A stretch of 64,000 nucleotides of DNA from Planctomycetota bacterium (GCA_038227875.1 JBBRPR010000002.1:192001-256000), one strand, 5' to 3'; shown: positions 20,949 to 33,545, counted from the first letter of the stretch. A program made the numbers and translations. Notes: generated by a model from the sequence alone, not told the origin.

Positions 20949-23900
20949 TCAATAGTATTGCATGACTACATTGAAGCCGTCTTTAGGATTTCCCATTACA
21001 TAGAGCCTTCCAGAGTCCCCGAACATCCATCCAGCTTGATCGTTGGAAGGTATTTGAACAACCAAGGCCTCTTCGCTCTCCACATTTTGAATCCAATTCG
21101 CCCAGCCACCAAGCTTCAAGCCAGGCGACGGTTCCGCTCCCCAAATACAGGTTTCGTTTCTCACAGGCGCTTGCGGTAGTCGCGCGTCAAATTCCAAGTG
21201 CAGTAAGTCCCGCAGTTCGGACCATATTGGTAATTCGTCATGGATTACCGGCTTCAAAGTTAGCCTGCGTCGAGATTGGCTTGGTTCGGGTGCTCGGCCG
21301 GTCTGTTCACAAAACTGTTCGAGGCCGTCCGCAATATTTAACAATTGTACGATCGGACGTGTCGCGGAGTGTTGTTCCCACCAATCGTCACTCCAGAAAA
21401 TGGTCAGCAGCGATCCCGGCGGCGCGTCAAATGGAGCGGCACCGGCGGCCACGGCAGGATCAAGCGGGAGCTGCGCGACAAATCGAAGTCGCACATCGTC
21501 GCTGCACGGCCATTCGAAACCTATGGGAAGCCATGGCAATTTTCCCCATGCGCCTTCGGTGGGTGAAGGTGGGTCTGTAGTCCATACTGGTTCAAATATG
21601 CACGCTTTTCGCCTGCACGATTGGACCGCTAAGTTGATTTCCTGCTCCGCGTCCTTTGTGCTGCCACCTGGTGCCGAAGGCGCTGGGACTAACTTGTATT
21701 TCTCTTCAAGACACGACTCGCCACTCTCAAGCTGGACCAATTCCGCGGGTGGTAATTCTTCCGTCCGCCGGAGCGACCCGCTTCCGCCAACGAGCAGTCC
21801 TCGCGGTGTTTCAAAGTGCGCCGTTTCGGCGTTTACCACCGACCGGGCTAGAGACGATAAAATCTCGCTTTCGCCCGCGTCGAGCCACGACGGACGCGGA
21901 TTGTACGGAACGACGCGCACGTTGCTCCGACAAAGTTCTTCTGCTTCACCACAGGCCGCCTCGGTAAGCGGCCGGTGAATGACGACCGCCTGCGGAATTG
22001 CCTTCTGTACTTCCAGTGTATGAAATGCCAGCGGCGGCAAGCTTACGACATCGCCTTCGCACGGGCGCGGTAACAACGCGACGAAGCCAGACGCCTTTTC
22101 GGCGGTGATCAGCAAAGGCCTGCCGGGCGGTGCTTTCAACTTGGTGAGGATTCTGGAGGGAATCAGCGCTGTTCGTTCTTCAATTCGCTCCGACATGACG
22201 ACTGCAGATCGCGCGCTAAAATCGACACGCTTTTCCTGCCAATCATTTCCTGCATGCCCGCACAGAAGACGGCTTATATCGACCAGTCGTCGTCCCTCAC
22301 TGAGCTGCATGGTTTTTTCGCTGAGCAACGAGTTTGCAAACAATCCGTCGCATACCAACTGCAATTCACGCTGTTCATTGATCAGAATGACCTGTGGTGC
22401 TTTGAGCTCAATCAATTTCTTCAGGCGATTGTTGCGATTGATGACAATTCGGTAGAGCTCATTCAAGTCGGAGGTCGCCCAATTGCCGCTCTGAAGTTGT
22501 ACCAGCGGTCGAAAGTCGGGTGGAATCACCAGCACATGTTGTTGAATGATGCCGAGCAGCCCCTTGCGGACCCCGAGATCTACGCCCTCAAGCAAAGCAC
22601 GAATCGCAACTGCCCCGATTCCCAAATCTTGAATACCAACGCCGGTAACAGGGTTCTTCGCATCTGCAAATTCGAACGCTCCTGATTGCGTGCGAATCAC
22701 CCGCTGTTTGCATTGCACTACATTTTCGATGTCGGCTTTCGAAAATTTCAAGGGCGCCAGAAGTTCTTCAAGAACGGAGGGTGTATCCATGCGCCAGAAG
22801 AATGGCACAATCGGTTGAGCGAGCGCAATATGGCCGAATCGATTGCGTCGCGCGCCGCGCTCAGGCCCAAATATACGTTCACAAAACAATGCGTCTGGAG
22901 TTGGTTTGAGTGTGGCATAGTTGAGCGTTTCCGGCCGCCAAACTTCGCCCGATGAACGCGCCAGCAATTCGTCCCGAGTCGCGACTCGAACCGTGACTTC
23001 CACGTGATCGCCGTCGCGCTCCAGCGAGGGGTATAGGCCCATGCCCCACAGGTACACTTCCACCTGCCTCAGACTCTCAGGCATTCCTGCTTCGGGAAAT
23101 CCTACATTGCTGCGATAGGCCCCGCGTAAGAGTTTGCGGCTACTCATATCATCGCATTTCAAGCTAGTGAATTCGGTCACGTTGGCCATCATTCCGCGCT
23201 CGCGCAGCCAGCGGATTTGGCTCACTGACACTTCAAGTCCACCACTGCGCGACTTGCCGCCCAATGGTCGGCAACTGATCAATGAATATGGGCCGATTCC
23301 CCGTGCATGCAAGAATTCACTCGCCGTGGTTTCGGCTTTGCCAATCGCCAGGCGTCGGACCTCACCTGCTTTCAGGCCGGCAAGTCGTGTTCCCAGTGCG
23401 TCAAGTTCAATGTCAACGCCGTCACCGAGCGATACGTCAACGCGAGACACAATGCCCAATTCTGATTCACCCCAGATCAGGACATCGCCAGGATTGATTT
23501 CGCGCTCCAGAACGAGACGAACTTTCACTTTGCCGCGAATCTTCGCCGAAGTAGTGCGCGGAAGATCGCGGCGCGAGAGCACCTCCACGGTGTCAATCTT
23601 GGAGCCGTTTGATCCGGGAGGAGCTTCCAGACTATCGCTGCATACCCGCTGCATGCCTGACGGAACCTTATCCTCTCCCTTGAGGGCGTGGCGGACGTAT
23701 ACCACGCTGGCGAGCACGTCGCCTTCATTGACGAGTGCGCCCTGCGGCATACAGCCCCGGTCATCCAGTTTTGCAAGCTGCGCGGCGGTGAGAAAAGGAT
23801 TGTCCTTTGCCAGACGATGAAATCCATATTCCGTCTTCGCCAGCTCCACTTCGCAATCAAACTCATGCTTGGACGCAAAAATTCGGGCGTCAGTGATATG

Positions 23901-24119
23901 CGGCGACAGATGAATTCCCGTTCCTGCGGCTCGCGTCGATCCACGAACATTCAAGTAGGGGCAACCATTCAGAGAGTTGTTTGACAAGTTTACTAAGCTG
24001 GCGATTCGCATAGAGCCCTCTTCGCGCAATAGTCCCATCGTGCGTTGAAGATGGGCTAGTCGATATTGACTTGCTACGCTGTTGTCGCCCACTTTTAGCT
24101 TAAAATTATGAACTCGCAA
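20949..24119 (-). CDS. Chimeric protein: degenerate RNA polymerase beta (flap and C-terminus) plus beta-prime (N-terminal clamp) plus a DUF1963/YwqG-like domain; predicted catalytically inactive
   Basis: HARGIGPYSLISCRPLGGK, LKCDD and PESL (RpoB-like); GEVWRPETLNYATLKP, LFCERIFGP, GHIAL, IPPDFRPLVQL, SDLNELYRIVINRNNRLKKL and KRVDFS (RpoC-like); PWLP..WP..LRFVAQL, KLGGWANWIQ and WMFGDSGRLY (DUF1963-like). TTG start is uncertain. Confidence 0.8.
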   Translation of the reverse strand: MRVHNFKLKVGDNSVASQYRLAHLQRTMGLLREEGSMRIASLVNLSNNSLNGCPYLNVRGSTRAAGTGIHLSPHITDARIFASKHEFDCEVELAKTEYGFHRLAKDNPFLTAAQLAKLDDRGCMPQGALVNEGDVLASVVYVRHALKGEDKVPSGMQRVCSDSLEAPPGSNGSKIDTVEVLSRRDLPRTTSAKIRGKVKVRLVLEREINPGDVLIWGESELGIVSRVDVSLGDGVDIELDALGTRLAGLKAGEVRRLAIGKAETTASEFLHARGIGPYSLISCRPLGGKSRSGGLEVSVSQIRWLRERGMMANVTEFTSLKCDDMSSRKLLRGAYRSNVGFPEAGMPESLRQVEVYLWGMGLYPSLERDGDHVEVTVRVATRDELLARSSGEVWRPETLNYATLKPTPDALFCERIFGPERGARRNRFGHIALAQPIVPFFWRMDTPSVLEELLAPLKFSKADIENVVQCKQRVIRTQSGAFEFADAKNPVTGVGIQDLGIGAVAIRALLEGVDLGVRKGLLGIIQQHVLVIPPDFRPLVQLQSGNWATSDLNELYRIVINRNNRLKKLIELKAPQVILINEQRELQLVCDGLFANSLLSEKTMQLSEGRRLVDISRLLCGHAGNDWQEKRVDFSARSAVVMSERIEERTALIPSRILTKLKAPPGRPLLITAEKASGFVALLPRPCEGDVVSLPPLAFHTLEVQKAIPQAVVIHRPLTEAACGEAEELCRSNVRVVPYNPRPSWLDAGESEILSSLARSVVNAETAHFETPRGLLVGGSGSLRRTEELPPAELVQLESGESCLEEKYKLVPAPSAPGGSTKDAEQEINLAVQSCRRKACIFEPVWTTDPPSPTEGAWGKLPWLPIGFEWPCSDDVRLRFVAQLPLDPAVAAGAAPFDAPPGSLLTIFWSDDWWEQHSATRPIVQLLNIADGLEQFCEQTGRAPEPSQSRRRLTLKPVIHDELPIWSELRDLLHLEFDARLPQAPVRNETCIWGAEPSPGLKLGGWANWIQNVESEEALVVQIPSNDQAGWMFGDSGRLYVMGNPKDGFNVVMQYY

Positions 24120-24224
24120 CCCCGCAGCGTTCGCGAAGTCTCTCAGGCCGACTGAAGTGTGTCGATCCTACTTCAGACCATAGGCAAGCCCCGACACGCG
24201 CCCCCGTACCTTTCTGCACATCAT

Positions 24225-24600
24225 GTATTATAAAATCTTTTTTACTAAAAGTACAGAAAACACTTGACTTTTGCGTTTCTCGACCGCTTATATACTATAG
24301 AGAAATATGAAAATCGTCCGTTACGGCCTCGCTTCGCTACCTGCACATAAAGCCCCGGCCACCTAATCTTGGGCCTGCCCTCAAACGCGTTCCAGCGGCT
24401 CCTGAGCGCCTCCACAGTCCAAACCCGAATCCAATGGCCACCCGCACGCGGAATGCTCCACAGCCCCGAGAAACGCGAGGAAACGGCTGCCACCTAGTGC
24501 ATCTACTGAGAATCCAGTATTATAAAATCTTTTTAACTAAATTCAAAGAAAACACTTGACTTTTGGGTTCGAGAGTTGCTTTATATTATAGGAAAATATG
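24225..24600 (+). repeat. Two AT-rich imperfect ~85-bp direct repeats (24225-24309 and 24517-24600)
   Basis: Shared blocks GTATTATAAAATCTTTTT, ACTAAA, AGAAAACACTTGACTTTTG, TATAG and AAATATG. Confidence 0.85.
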
Positions 24601-24897
24601 CGATGCCCCGTCTCATGCCAAACCGCGCTCTCTTTACGTATTGGCGCCCTTGGTGCCATGTGATCGCAGCACCGACCAAGCCTCGCTCTACCACCACAAC
24701 CCTACTCAATGTGCACCCAGGAAGGAGACCCCAACCCTGTAACATTTGGTAACATTCTGTAACAGTGCACGGAGAATATCCCATCACGCCAAATCACAAT
24801 TCCGCACGCGCCGGTGCCCAACTAATCCGCAATCCGCAATCCGCAATGCAGTTAATCCCCGTCCGCGTATAATCGAAAGCCTCTGCGAGGAGAATCT

Positions 24898-26031
24898 ATG
24901 CGCCCGTTTGCCCTTCTACTGCTGAGTCTACTCTCCCTGTCCCCGGCCTGGTCAGCGGACACCGAACCCAACACGCCTGAAGTTGCCGCAAAAGTCGCCG
25001 AGGCGGCGAAACAACTTCCAGAACAGTACACCAATCGCCCGCTGCTTTTCCTGCCGATGCTCGACGCCCCGAAACAATTGAAGGGCGATCTCTCCGATCC
25101 GATCTGGGAGAAGGCCACGCCGTTCAATCTGCAGAGCATGGTCAAAGGCGAACTGGTGCCGCCGAAGTTCGTGACCGCGGCGCGGATGTTCTGCACCAGC
25201 GACGCCATCTACCTCGGTGTGAAGTGTGAAGACCCCGACCCCGCCAACGCCACCGTCAGCAATCCGGCCGCGTGGCAGAACGACTCACTGGAATTCTTCC
25301 TCTTCCCCGGCGAGAGCTGCAAAGGCGGGAAGCTTTACTACCAGATCTGCGTGGATGCCTCGAAGAAGATCGAGTTCTACCACACGCACCTCTACCCGAA
25401 GAATACGTTCGGCGGCCGCAGCGAACCGTGGAAGCCGGCGGGGGTCGAATGTGAAATCACCAAGGACGCCAAAAGCTGGACGCTCGAATTGAAGATCAAG
25501 TATTCCGACATGGTGCTGCCTGATGAAGTGAAAGAGAAGCGCGCGATCTGGCGCATGGACCTCTTCCGCAACCGCGTCGCGCGCGGCAACATTTCCGCGC
25601 AGAGCATGGCCTGGGCGCCGACGGACGCGACCGGCAGCTACCATCTCTGCGGACGCTACGGCTACCTGCTTCCCGCCGCGCTGGTGAGCACCGACGTGAT
25701 CGGCACGGTGCTGGCCAACGCCAAGGGCGCCACGACGACCGACACGCCGCCGGCGCAGGAACTCTCGCGCGAAGTCACCGAACTGATCGGGCGGCTGGGC
25801 AACGACGACTACAATGTCCGCAACACCGCGATGCTCAACCTCAACACGATGGTCGAAGAGAAGAAGCTCGGCCGCTTCATCCAGACGCAGTTAAAGAAAA
25901 CACTCTCGGAAACGGAGGACTCGGAAGTAAAAATGCGCTCGATCAAGGTCTTGAAGACCTGCTATTCGTGGCTCAATCCCGACGACGACACGCCGCCGGT
26001 CAACAACAACGACTGGCAGGCCAAAGAATAG
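24898..26031 (+). CDS. Secreted protein with a CBM9/DOMON-like sugar-binding domain and C-terminal HEAT-like repeat
   Basis: Signal peptide; LKGDLSDPIWEKA, IYLGVKCED, WQNDSLEFFL, WTLELKI, WRMDLFRNR; LGNDDYNVRNTA. Confidence 0.7.
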   Translation: MRPFALLLLSLLSLSPAWSADTEPNTPEVAAKVAEAAKQLPEQYTNRPLLFLPMLDAPKQLKGDLSDPIWEKATPFNLQSMVKGELVPPKFVTAARMFCTSDAIYLGVKCEDPDPANATVSNPAAWQNDSLEFFLFPGESCKGGKLYYQICVDASKKIEFYHTHLYPKNTFGGRSEPWKPAGVECEITKDAKSWTLELKIKYSDMVLPDEVKEKRAIWRMDLFRNRVARGNISAQSMAWAPTDATGSYHLCGRYGYLLPAALVSTDVIGTVLANAKGATTTDTPPAQELSREVTELIGRLGNDDYNVRNTAMLNLNTMVEEKKLGRFIQTQLKKTLSETEDSEVKMRSIKVLKTCYSWLNPDDDTPPVNNNDWQAKE

Positions 26032-26037
26032 TCCGGT

Positions 26038-26967
26038 TTAAGACTTGAGTGCGTCGGCGCCGATCCCCACGGCGCCCATCAGCGCCGCGTAATCTCCCAA
26101 CGCCGCCGGAACCACGCTGCTTTTGCCTTCCAGAAAATGCGGCAGGAACTGTTCGACCTTTTTCCGCAGTGGCACGAATAACACGTCTCCCGCCAGCGAA
26201 ACACCACCGCCAATGACCACACGTTGCAGATCGTACGCACAAATCGCCATTCCCACGCCGCGCGCCAGATGGCTGGCGGCCGTGTCGCGGACGGCCACCG
26301 CCCAGGCTTCGTTATTCCGCGCCGCATCGAAGACGGTCTTGGCGGTGAAGTTCTCGGGAATCGGCTTCCCCAGCTTTTGCAGCGCCCGTTTGCCTTCGCG
26401 CGCGATCCCCGGGCCGCAGGCGAGCGCTTCGAGATTGCCGGGCTTCCCCGCCGCGTACTGCGGCGCGTCCGGGGAGTCATCGAGCACGAACTGGCCGAAC
26501 TCCGCGGCCATGCCGTGCGCGCCGCGGAAGAGTTTCCCATCGAGGATCACGCCGCCGCCGATCCCGGTACTGACGGTGAAGTACGCCATGGTCGGAAACC
26601 CGCGCCCGGCGCCGTACCGGAATTCGCCGACCGCGCCGGCATTGGCGTCGTTTTCCACGCGCACGGGAACGCCAAACGCCTTCTGGAGCTCCGCCGAAAG
26701 ATTGATCGATTCCCACCCGGAGACATGCATGGAAAGAATCTTCCCAGCGTTGTCCACAGGCCCGCCAAACGAGACCGCGACCACGCGAATCGGCGTGGCG
26801 CTCCTGGCGACGCAGGCCTGTCCCGCGGCGACGAGATGCGCGAGCCATTCCTGCCCGCCCTTCGAACCGCCGCGCTGCAAGGTTGTGACTTCGCCCCGCG
26901 TGCCGTCGGCCTGAGCCAGACAGCAGCGCCCCTGAGTGCCACCGATATCGAACGCGAGAATTTCCAT
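26038..26967 (-). CDS. ROK family sugar kinase
   Basis: FDIGGT, VENDANAGAVGE, STGIGGG, AEFG, VVIGGG. Confidence 0.9.
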   Translation of the reverse strand: MEILAFDIGGTQGRCCLAQADGTRGEVTTLQRGGSKGGQEWLAHLVAAGQACVARSATPIRVVAVSFGGPVDNAGKILSMHVSGWESINLSAELQKAFGVPVRVENDANAGAVGEFRYGAGRGFPTMAYFTVSTGIGGGVILDGKLFRGAHGMAAEFGQFVLDDSPDAPQYAAGKPGNLEALACGPGIAREGKRALQKLGKPIPENFTAKTVFDAARNNEAWAVAVRDTAASHLARGVGMAICAYDLQRVVIGGGVSLAGDVLFVPLRKKVEQFLPHFLEGKSSVVPAALGDYAALMGAVGIGADALKS

Positions 26968-27056
26968 GGTTTCAAATGGCAATTAAACGCGCTGGTTTCA
27001 AAATGGCAAGTGTCGGAGCAGGCGGACAGCGGGATTCGGGAATCGGGATTCGACGT

Positions 27057-27437
27057 ATGGCGCACTTCAATGTTCCTCTGAACTTACCTCACGCCGCGAC
27101 GGTGGCGACGCGGTTGCTCTACCATATCAATCGTGTCCAGCCGGATGCCGCCAAGGCGAAGCCCGCCGCGGAACTCGCAATGGATCTGAGCGACTGCCTG
27201 CGCCCGTACAAGATGCAGGACGAGAACCCGCCCGAAGCCGAAGGGAAGAAAGTCGCGCAGGAAGCCGCGCGCATCGCCCGCTTGCTCGTCGACGAAATCG
27301 CGCGCGGCGGCTACGGCGACGACCGCCTCGGCCAGGCGATTCGTAATCTGTTCGAATGCCTGGAACTCGGCGAGGAAGGAGCGAAGCAGTCCCTGCGCGC
27401 TGGAGAGAATCCCGACTCAGCGCTGCGGGCCGTCTAA
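27057..27437 (+). CDS. Hypothetical protein
   Basis: 126-aa ORF with host-like codon usage, followed by a terminator-like hairpin. Confidence 0.65.
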   Translation: MAHFNVPLNLPHAATVATRLLYHINRVQPDAAKAKPAAELAMDLSDCLRPYKMQDENPPEAEGKKVAQEAARIARLLVDEIARGGYGDDRLGQAIRNLFECLELGEEGAKQSLRAGENPDSALRAV

Positions 27438-27443
27438 AACGAA

Positions 27444-27468
27444 ACTGCCTCGCGCAAGGCGAGGCAGT
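27444..27468. terminator. Hairpin, probable bidirectional terminator
   Basis: ACTGCCTCGC-GCAAG-GCGAGGCAGT between convergent genes (end of atpD). Confidence 0.7.
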
Positions 27469-27492
27469 CTCGGAACAGAATGAACAAGGACT

Positions 27493-28947
<1,455 letters not shown>

Positions 28948-28966
28948 TCATTCAGTTGCGTTGACT

Positions 28967-29455
28967 CTACTTCGCCGGCTGCGCAGGTTGCGCGGGTTGT
29001 GCCGGTTGACCTTGTTGCGCCGCCTTGGCCGCCGCTTCCAACTCCGCCAGAAACCGCTTTCCGTCCGTGGAGTCGATGTCCAGAAACTTGAAATCGCCTT
29101 CGGTCTTCGCGATGGTGACAACGTGGTTCGGATAGGTCGTCTTCGTTCCGCCAGCGCCGCCTTCGGGAGCGGCCTCCTGGTACAGCACCACCACCCGCTT
29201 GCCCTTTTCTTCCTTGATGATCTGCTGAATCTTGATCTTGTATCCCGACCCGTTCTTCGGTCCGGCGAACACCGCCACCACCGTTTCCTTCTCGAAGTTC
29301 ACGCCCGGCATCTGGTCTTCGCGACCGCCGTCGGCCGTCCACACGTTCACCATTTCCCCGCGCGACTGAAAGACCAACTCCGCCGGCGACTGATGATTAC
29401 CCCACGAGACCGCATGAACGATACTGACCAGCACCCAGACGATTGCCATGGCCAT
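28967..29455 (-). CDS. PrcB C-terminal-like exported protein inside the atp operon
   Basis: VNFEKETVVAVFAGPKNGSGYKIKI...TYPNHVVTI; hydrophobic N-terminus; QPA repeat tail; AAGGAG RBS. Confidence 0.65.
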   Translation of the reverse strand: MAMAIVWVLVSIVHAVSWGNHQSPAELVFQSRGEMVNVWTADGGREDQMPGVNFEKETVVAVFAGPKNGSGYKIKIQQIIKEEKGKRVVVLYQEAAPEGGAGGTKTTYPNHVVTIAKTEGDFKFLDIDSTDGKRFLAELEAAAKAAQQGQPAQPAQPAQPAK

Positions 29456-29479
29456 GCTCCTTTTCCCTTGGGGAAAGTG

Positions 29480-30400
29480 TTACAGGGCGTTGGCTCCGCC
29501 GACAATTTCGGCGATTTCCTGCGTGATCTTGCCCTGTCGAGCACGATTATACTCGCGGCTGAGATTTTTAATCATGTCATCCGCGCTATCCGTCGCATTT
29601 TTCATTGCCAGGCGGCGCGCCGCGTGTTCGCTGGCCGTACTTTCCAGCATTGCCGTAAAGAGGGACATCTTGACCACCAGCGGAAGCACTTGTGCAAGAA
29701 TCGTCTGCGGATCCGGATGGAACAGATATCCCGCTCCCGTTGCAGGACCCGCTTTCGCTTCCACCGCGACGGCCTTCTTCGCGTTCCTGTCGCCGTCGGA
29801 ATCGCTGTTGCCCTTCAGCGACGAGAGCGGCAGCACCATCTCTTCCTTCGGCGCCTGCGTCGCGGCGCTCTTGAACGACGAGTAGACGAGATAGACTTCG
29901 TCGAGTTCGTTCTTTTCGTACGCGGCGATCAGCTTGTCGGCAATCGCTTCGGCGCGCGAGTAGGCCGGCTTGTCAGAGACGCCGATGAGCCGTTCGGCGA
30001 TCGGCAGGTTCATGTATTTGAACGCGCCGATGCCCTTCTTGCCCTGCACGATGAATTCGAGATCGCGGCCCTTGGCTTTCAGATCGGTGATCAGATTCCT
30101 GGCCACGCGCAGCAAGTTGGAATTGAACGCGCCGCACAGTCCGCGGTCGGCGGTGAGGACGATGACGACGGCCTTCTTGGGCTGGGCATGCGGCACCAGC
30201 AGCGGGTGCTGCATCGCGCCGCCAGCGGAGGCGACGCTGCCGATGATCTCTTTGAGCTTGCTGGAATACGGCCGGGCAGCCAGTGCGGCGCCCTGAGCCT
30301 TGGCCAGCTTGGCCGTCGAGATCTTTTCCATCGTCTTCGTAATCTTCCGCGTGTTGCGGACCGATTTACGACGGCGAACGAGTACGCGTGTATTGGCCAT
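29480..30400 (-). CDS. atpG: F1 ATP synthase gamma subunit
   Basis: KITKTM, TADRGLCGAFN, ASEHAARRLAMKNATD, YNRARQGKITQEIAEIVGGA. Confidence 0.98.
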   Translation of the reverse strand: MANTRVLVRRRKSVRNTRKITKTMEKISTAKLAKAQGAALAARPYSSKLKEIIGSVASAGGAMQHPLLVPHAQPKKAVVIVLTADRGLCGAFNSNLLRVARNLITDLKAKGRDLEFIVQGKKGIGAFKYMNLPIAERLIGVSDKPAYSRAEAIADKLIAAYEKNELDEVYLVYSSFKSAATQAPKEEMVLPLSSLKGNSDSDGDRNAKKAVAVEAKAGPATGAGYLFHPDPQTILAQVLPLVVKMSLFTAMLESTASEHAARRLAMKNATDSADDMIKNLSREYNRARQGKITQEIAEIVGGANAL

Positions 30401-30511
30401 TGGTTATTTCAACGTCCTGTTTTGTATCGCCCCACTTACTGCTTGAGTCCCGCCAGAATCTGCAGCGGAACTCTCCCTCTTTGCACACACTCCATTCGAA
30501 ATTGCATTACT

Positions 30512-32296
<1,785 letters not shown>

Positions 32297-32309
32297 GTTT
32301 CAAATTCTC

Positions 32310-32894
32310 CTACGATTTCACCACGGAGTTGACAAGGCCTGTGTTTTTGACTTCTTCAATCTTCTCAATGATCCGCTTGAGCCGGTGCGAGACCGACGCG
32401 TCCCAGTTGAGGTCCTGATGCGTGACCACGATGCCACCCATCAGATCGGGCTGAACCGTTTCGACGAGCGTGATTTTCTGGTTGAGCTTCTTCTGCAGTA
32501 CGGCGGAGAGCTTTTCCAGTTCGCCGGCTTCGAGCTTGCGCGCGGATGCGACTTTGATTTCCGCGATGCCGGCCTTGGCGTTGGCGTGGTCGTGGAAGGC
32601 GTGGACCATCTGGTCGAACATGCCGATGCGGCCGTGATCGATCGCCAGGCACAGCAGATTCAGCACCATCTTGCCAATGCCGGACATGCCGGCCGTCAGC
32701 ACCTTGCGCTTGGCGTCAAACGGAATCGTCGGCGATTCCAGGAACAGCCGCAGCTTCGGTTCCGTGCTGAGCGCCTTGGCCATCGCGTTGAGATCCGACT
32801 CCACGTCAGCAATCGCACCGGTTTCGGCGGCGACGTCGTAGAGCGCTTCGGCGTAGGCGTGGGCGATGCTCAGTCCACCAGTTGTTGTTGCCAT
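32310..32894 (-). CDS. atpH: ATP synthase delta subunit
   Basis: AHAYAEAL, FLESP, LMGGIVV; position in operon. Confidence 0.92.
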   Translation of the reverse strand: MATTTGGLSIAHAYAEALYDVAAETGAIADVESDLNAMAKALSTEPKLRLFLESPTIPFDAKRKVLTAGMSGIGKMVLNLLCLAIDHGRIGMFDQMVHAFHDHANAKAGIAEIKVASARKLEAGELEKLSAVLQKKLNQKITLVETVQPDLMGGIVVTHQDLNWDASVSHRLKRIIEKIEEVKNTGLVNSVVKS

Positions 32895-32930
32895 GTCTTC
32901 TCCGTACCCGTACAGCCTTCAGTAAAGACT

Positions 32931-33452
32931 TCAGTTCGCTTCAATGCGCTGGATGGCTTCTTCAATGAAGCGGCGGTGGTCCTCGGTCTTGATCTCGCGT
33001 TCGATCACGCGCTGGGAAATGTCGGCGGTCAGGTCGACGACCTTGTTGCGAATCTCTTCAACGGCGGCCTGCTCGGCGAGCAGGATTTCGCGCTTGGCGC
33101 GTTCCAGCGACTTGGCGGCTTCTGCGTTGGCTTCCTTCAGGATGTCGGCCTTGACCAGCTCGACGTCGCGCTTGCCTTCGGCGACGATCTTGGCGGCTTC
33201 GTCCTTGGCGGCGTTGATGCGCTTTTCGTACTCAGCCATCTTGGCCAGCGCTTCGCGGTTCTTGGTCTCCGCGTCGTCGATCTTCTTCTGAATGTTGTGC
33301 TCGCGCTCTTCCAGCGCGTGCATGATGGGACCCCAGGCAAATTTCCAGAGGATCGCCAACAGTCCGAAAAATACCACGAACGACCAGAGCAGAACCTGGC
33401 CTTCAGGGTTGAGGAAGTCCGGCAACAAACTTTCTGCCAACATCATCGCCAC
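32931..33452 (-). CDS. atpF: ATP synthase Fo b subunit
   Basis: TM helix, KFAWGPIMHALEERE, long coiled coil. Confidence 0.93.
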   Translation of the reverse strand: MAMMLAESLLPDFLNPEGQVLLWSFVVFFGLLAILWKFAWGPIMHALEEREHNIQKKIDDAETKNREALAKMAEYEKRINAAKDEAAKIVAEGKRDVELVKADILKEANAEAAKSLERAKREILLAEQAAVEEIRNKVVDLTADISQRVIEREIKTEDHRRFIEEAIQRIEAN

Positions 33453-33510
33453 AACTCAATCTCCAGAAAACGTGCGTCCATGCGTTGCATCAAAAACAAA
33501 CGTCAAAGAT

Positions 33511-33538
33511 GGCTGGCGGGTTTTGAAGCCCGCCAGCC
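33511..33538. other. Intercistronic hairpin between atpE and atpF
   Basis: GGCTGGCGGG...CCCGCCAGCC stem. Confidence 0.6.
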
Positions 33539-33545
33539 GATCCAG

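Noticed and set aside
20949..24119. Calling this the genuine rpoB/rpoC or a functional phage-type RNA polymerase
   Set aside because: Far too short, lacks NADFDGD and the beta catalytic lysine motif, and is not in a ribosomal-protein gene context
24225..24600. Possible CRISPR array or leader
   Set aside because: Only two long imperfect copies about 290 bp apart; no regular repeat-spacer structure and no cas genes
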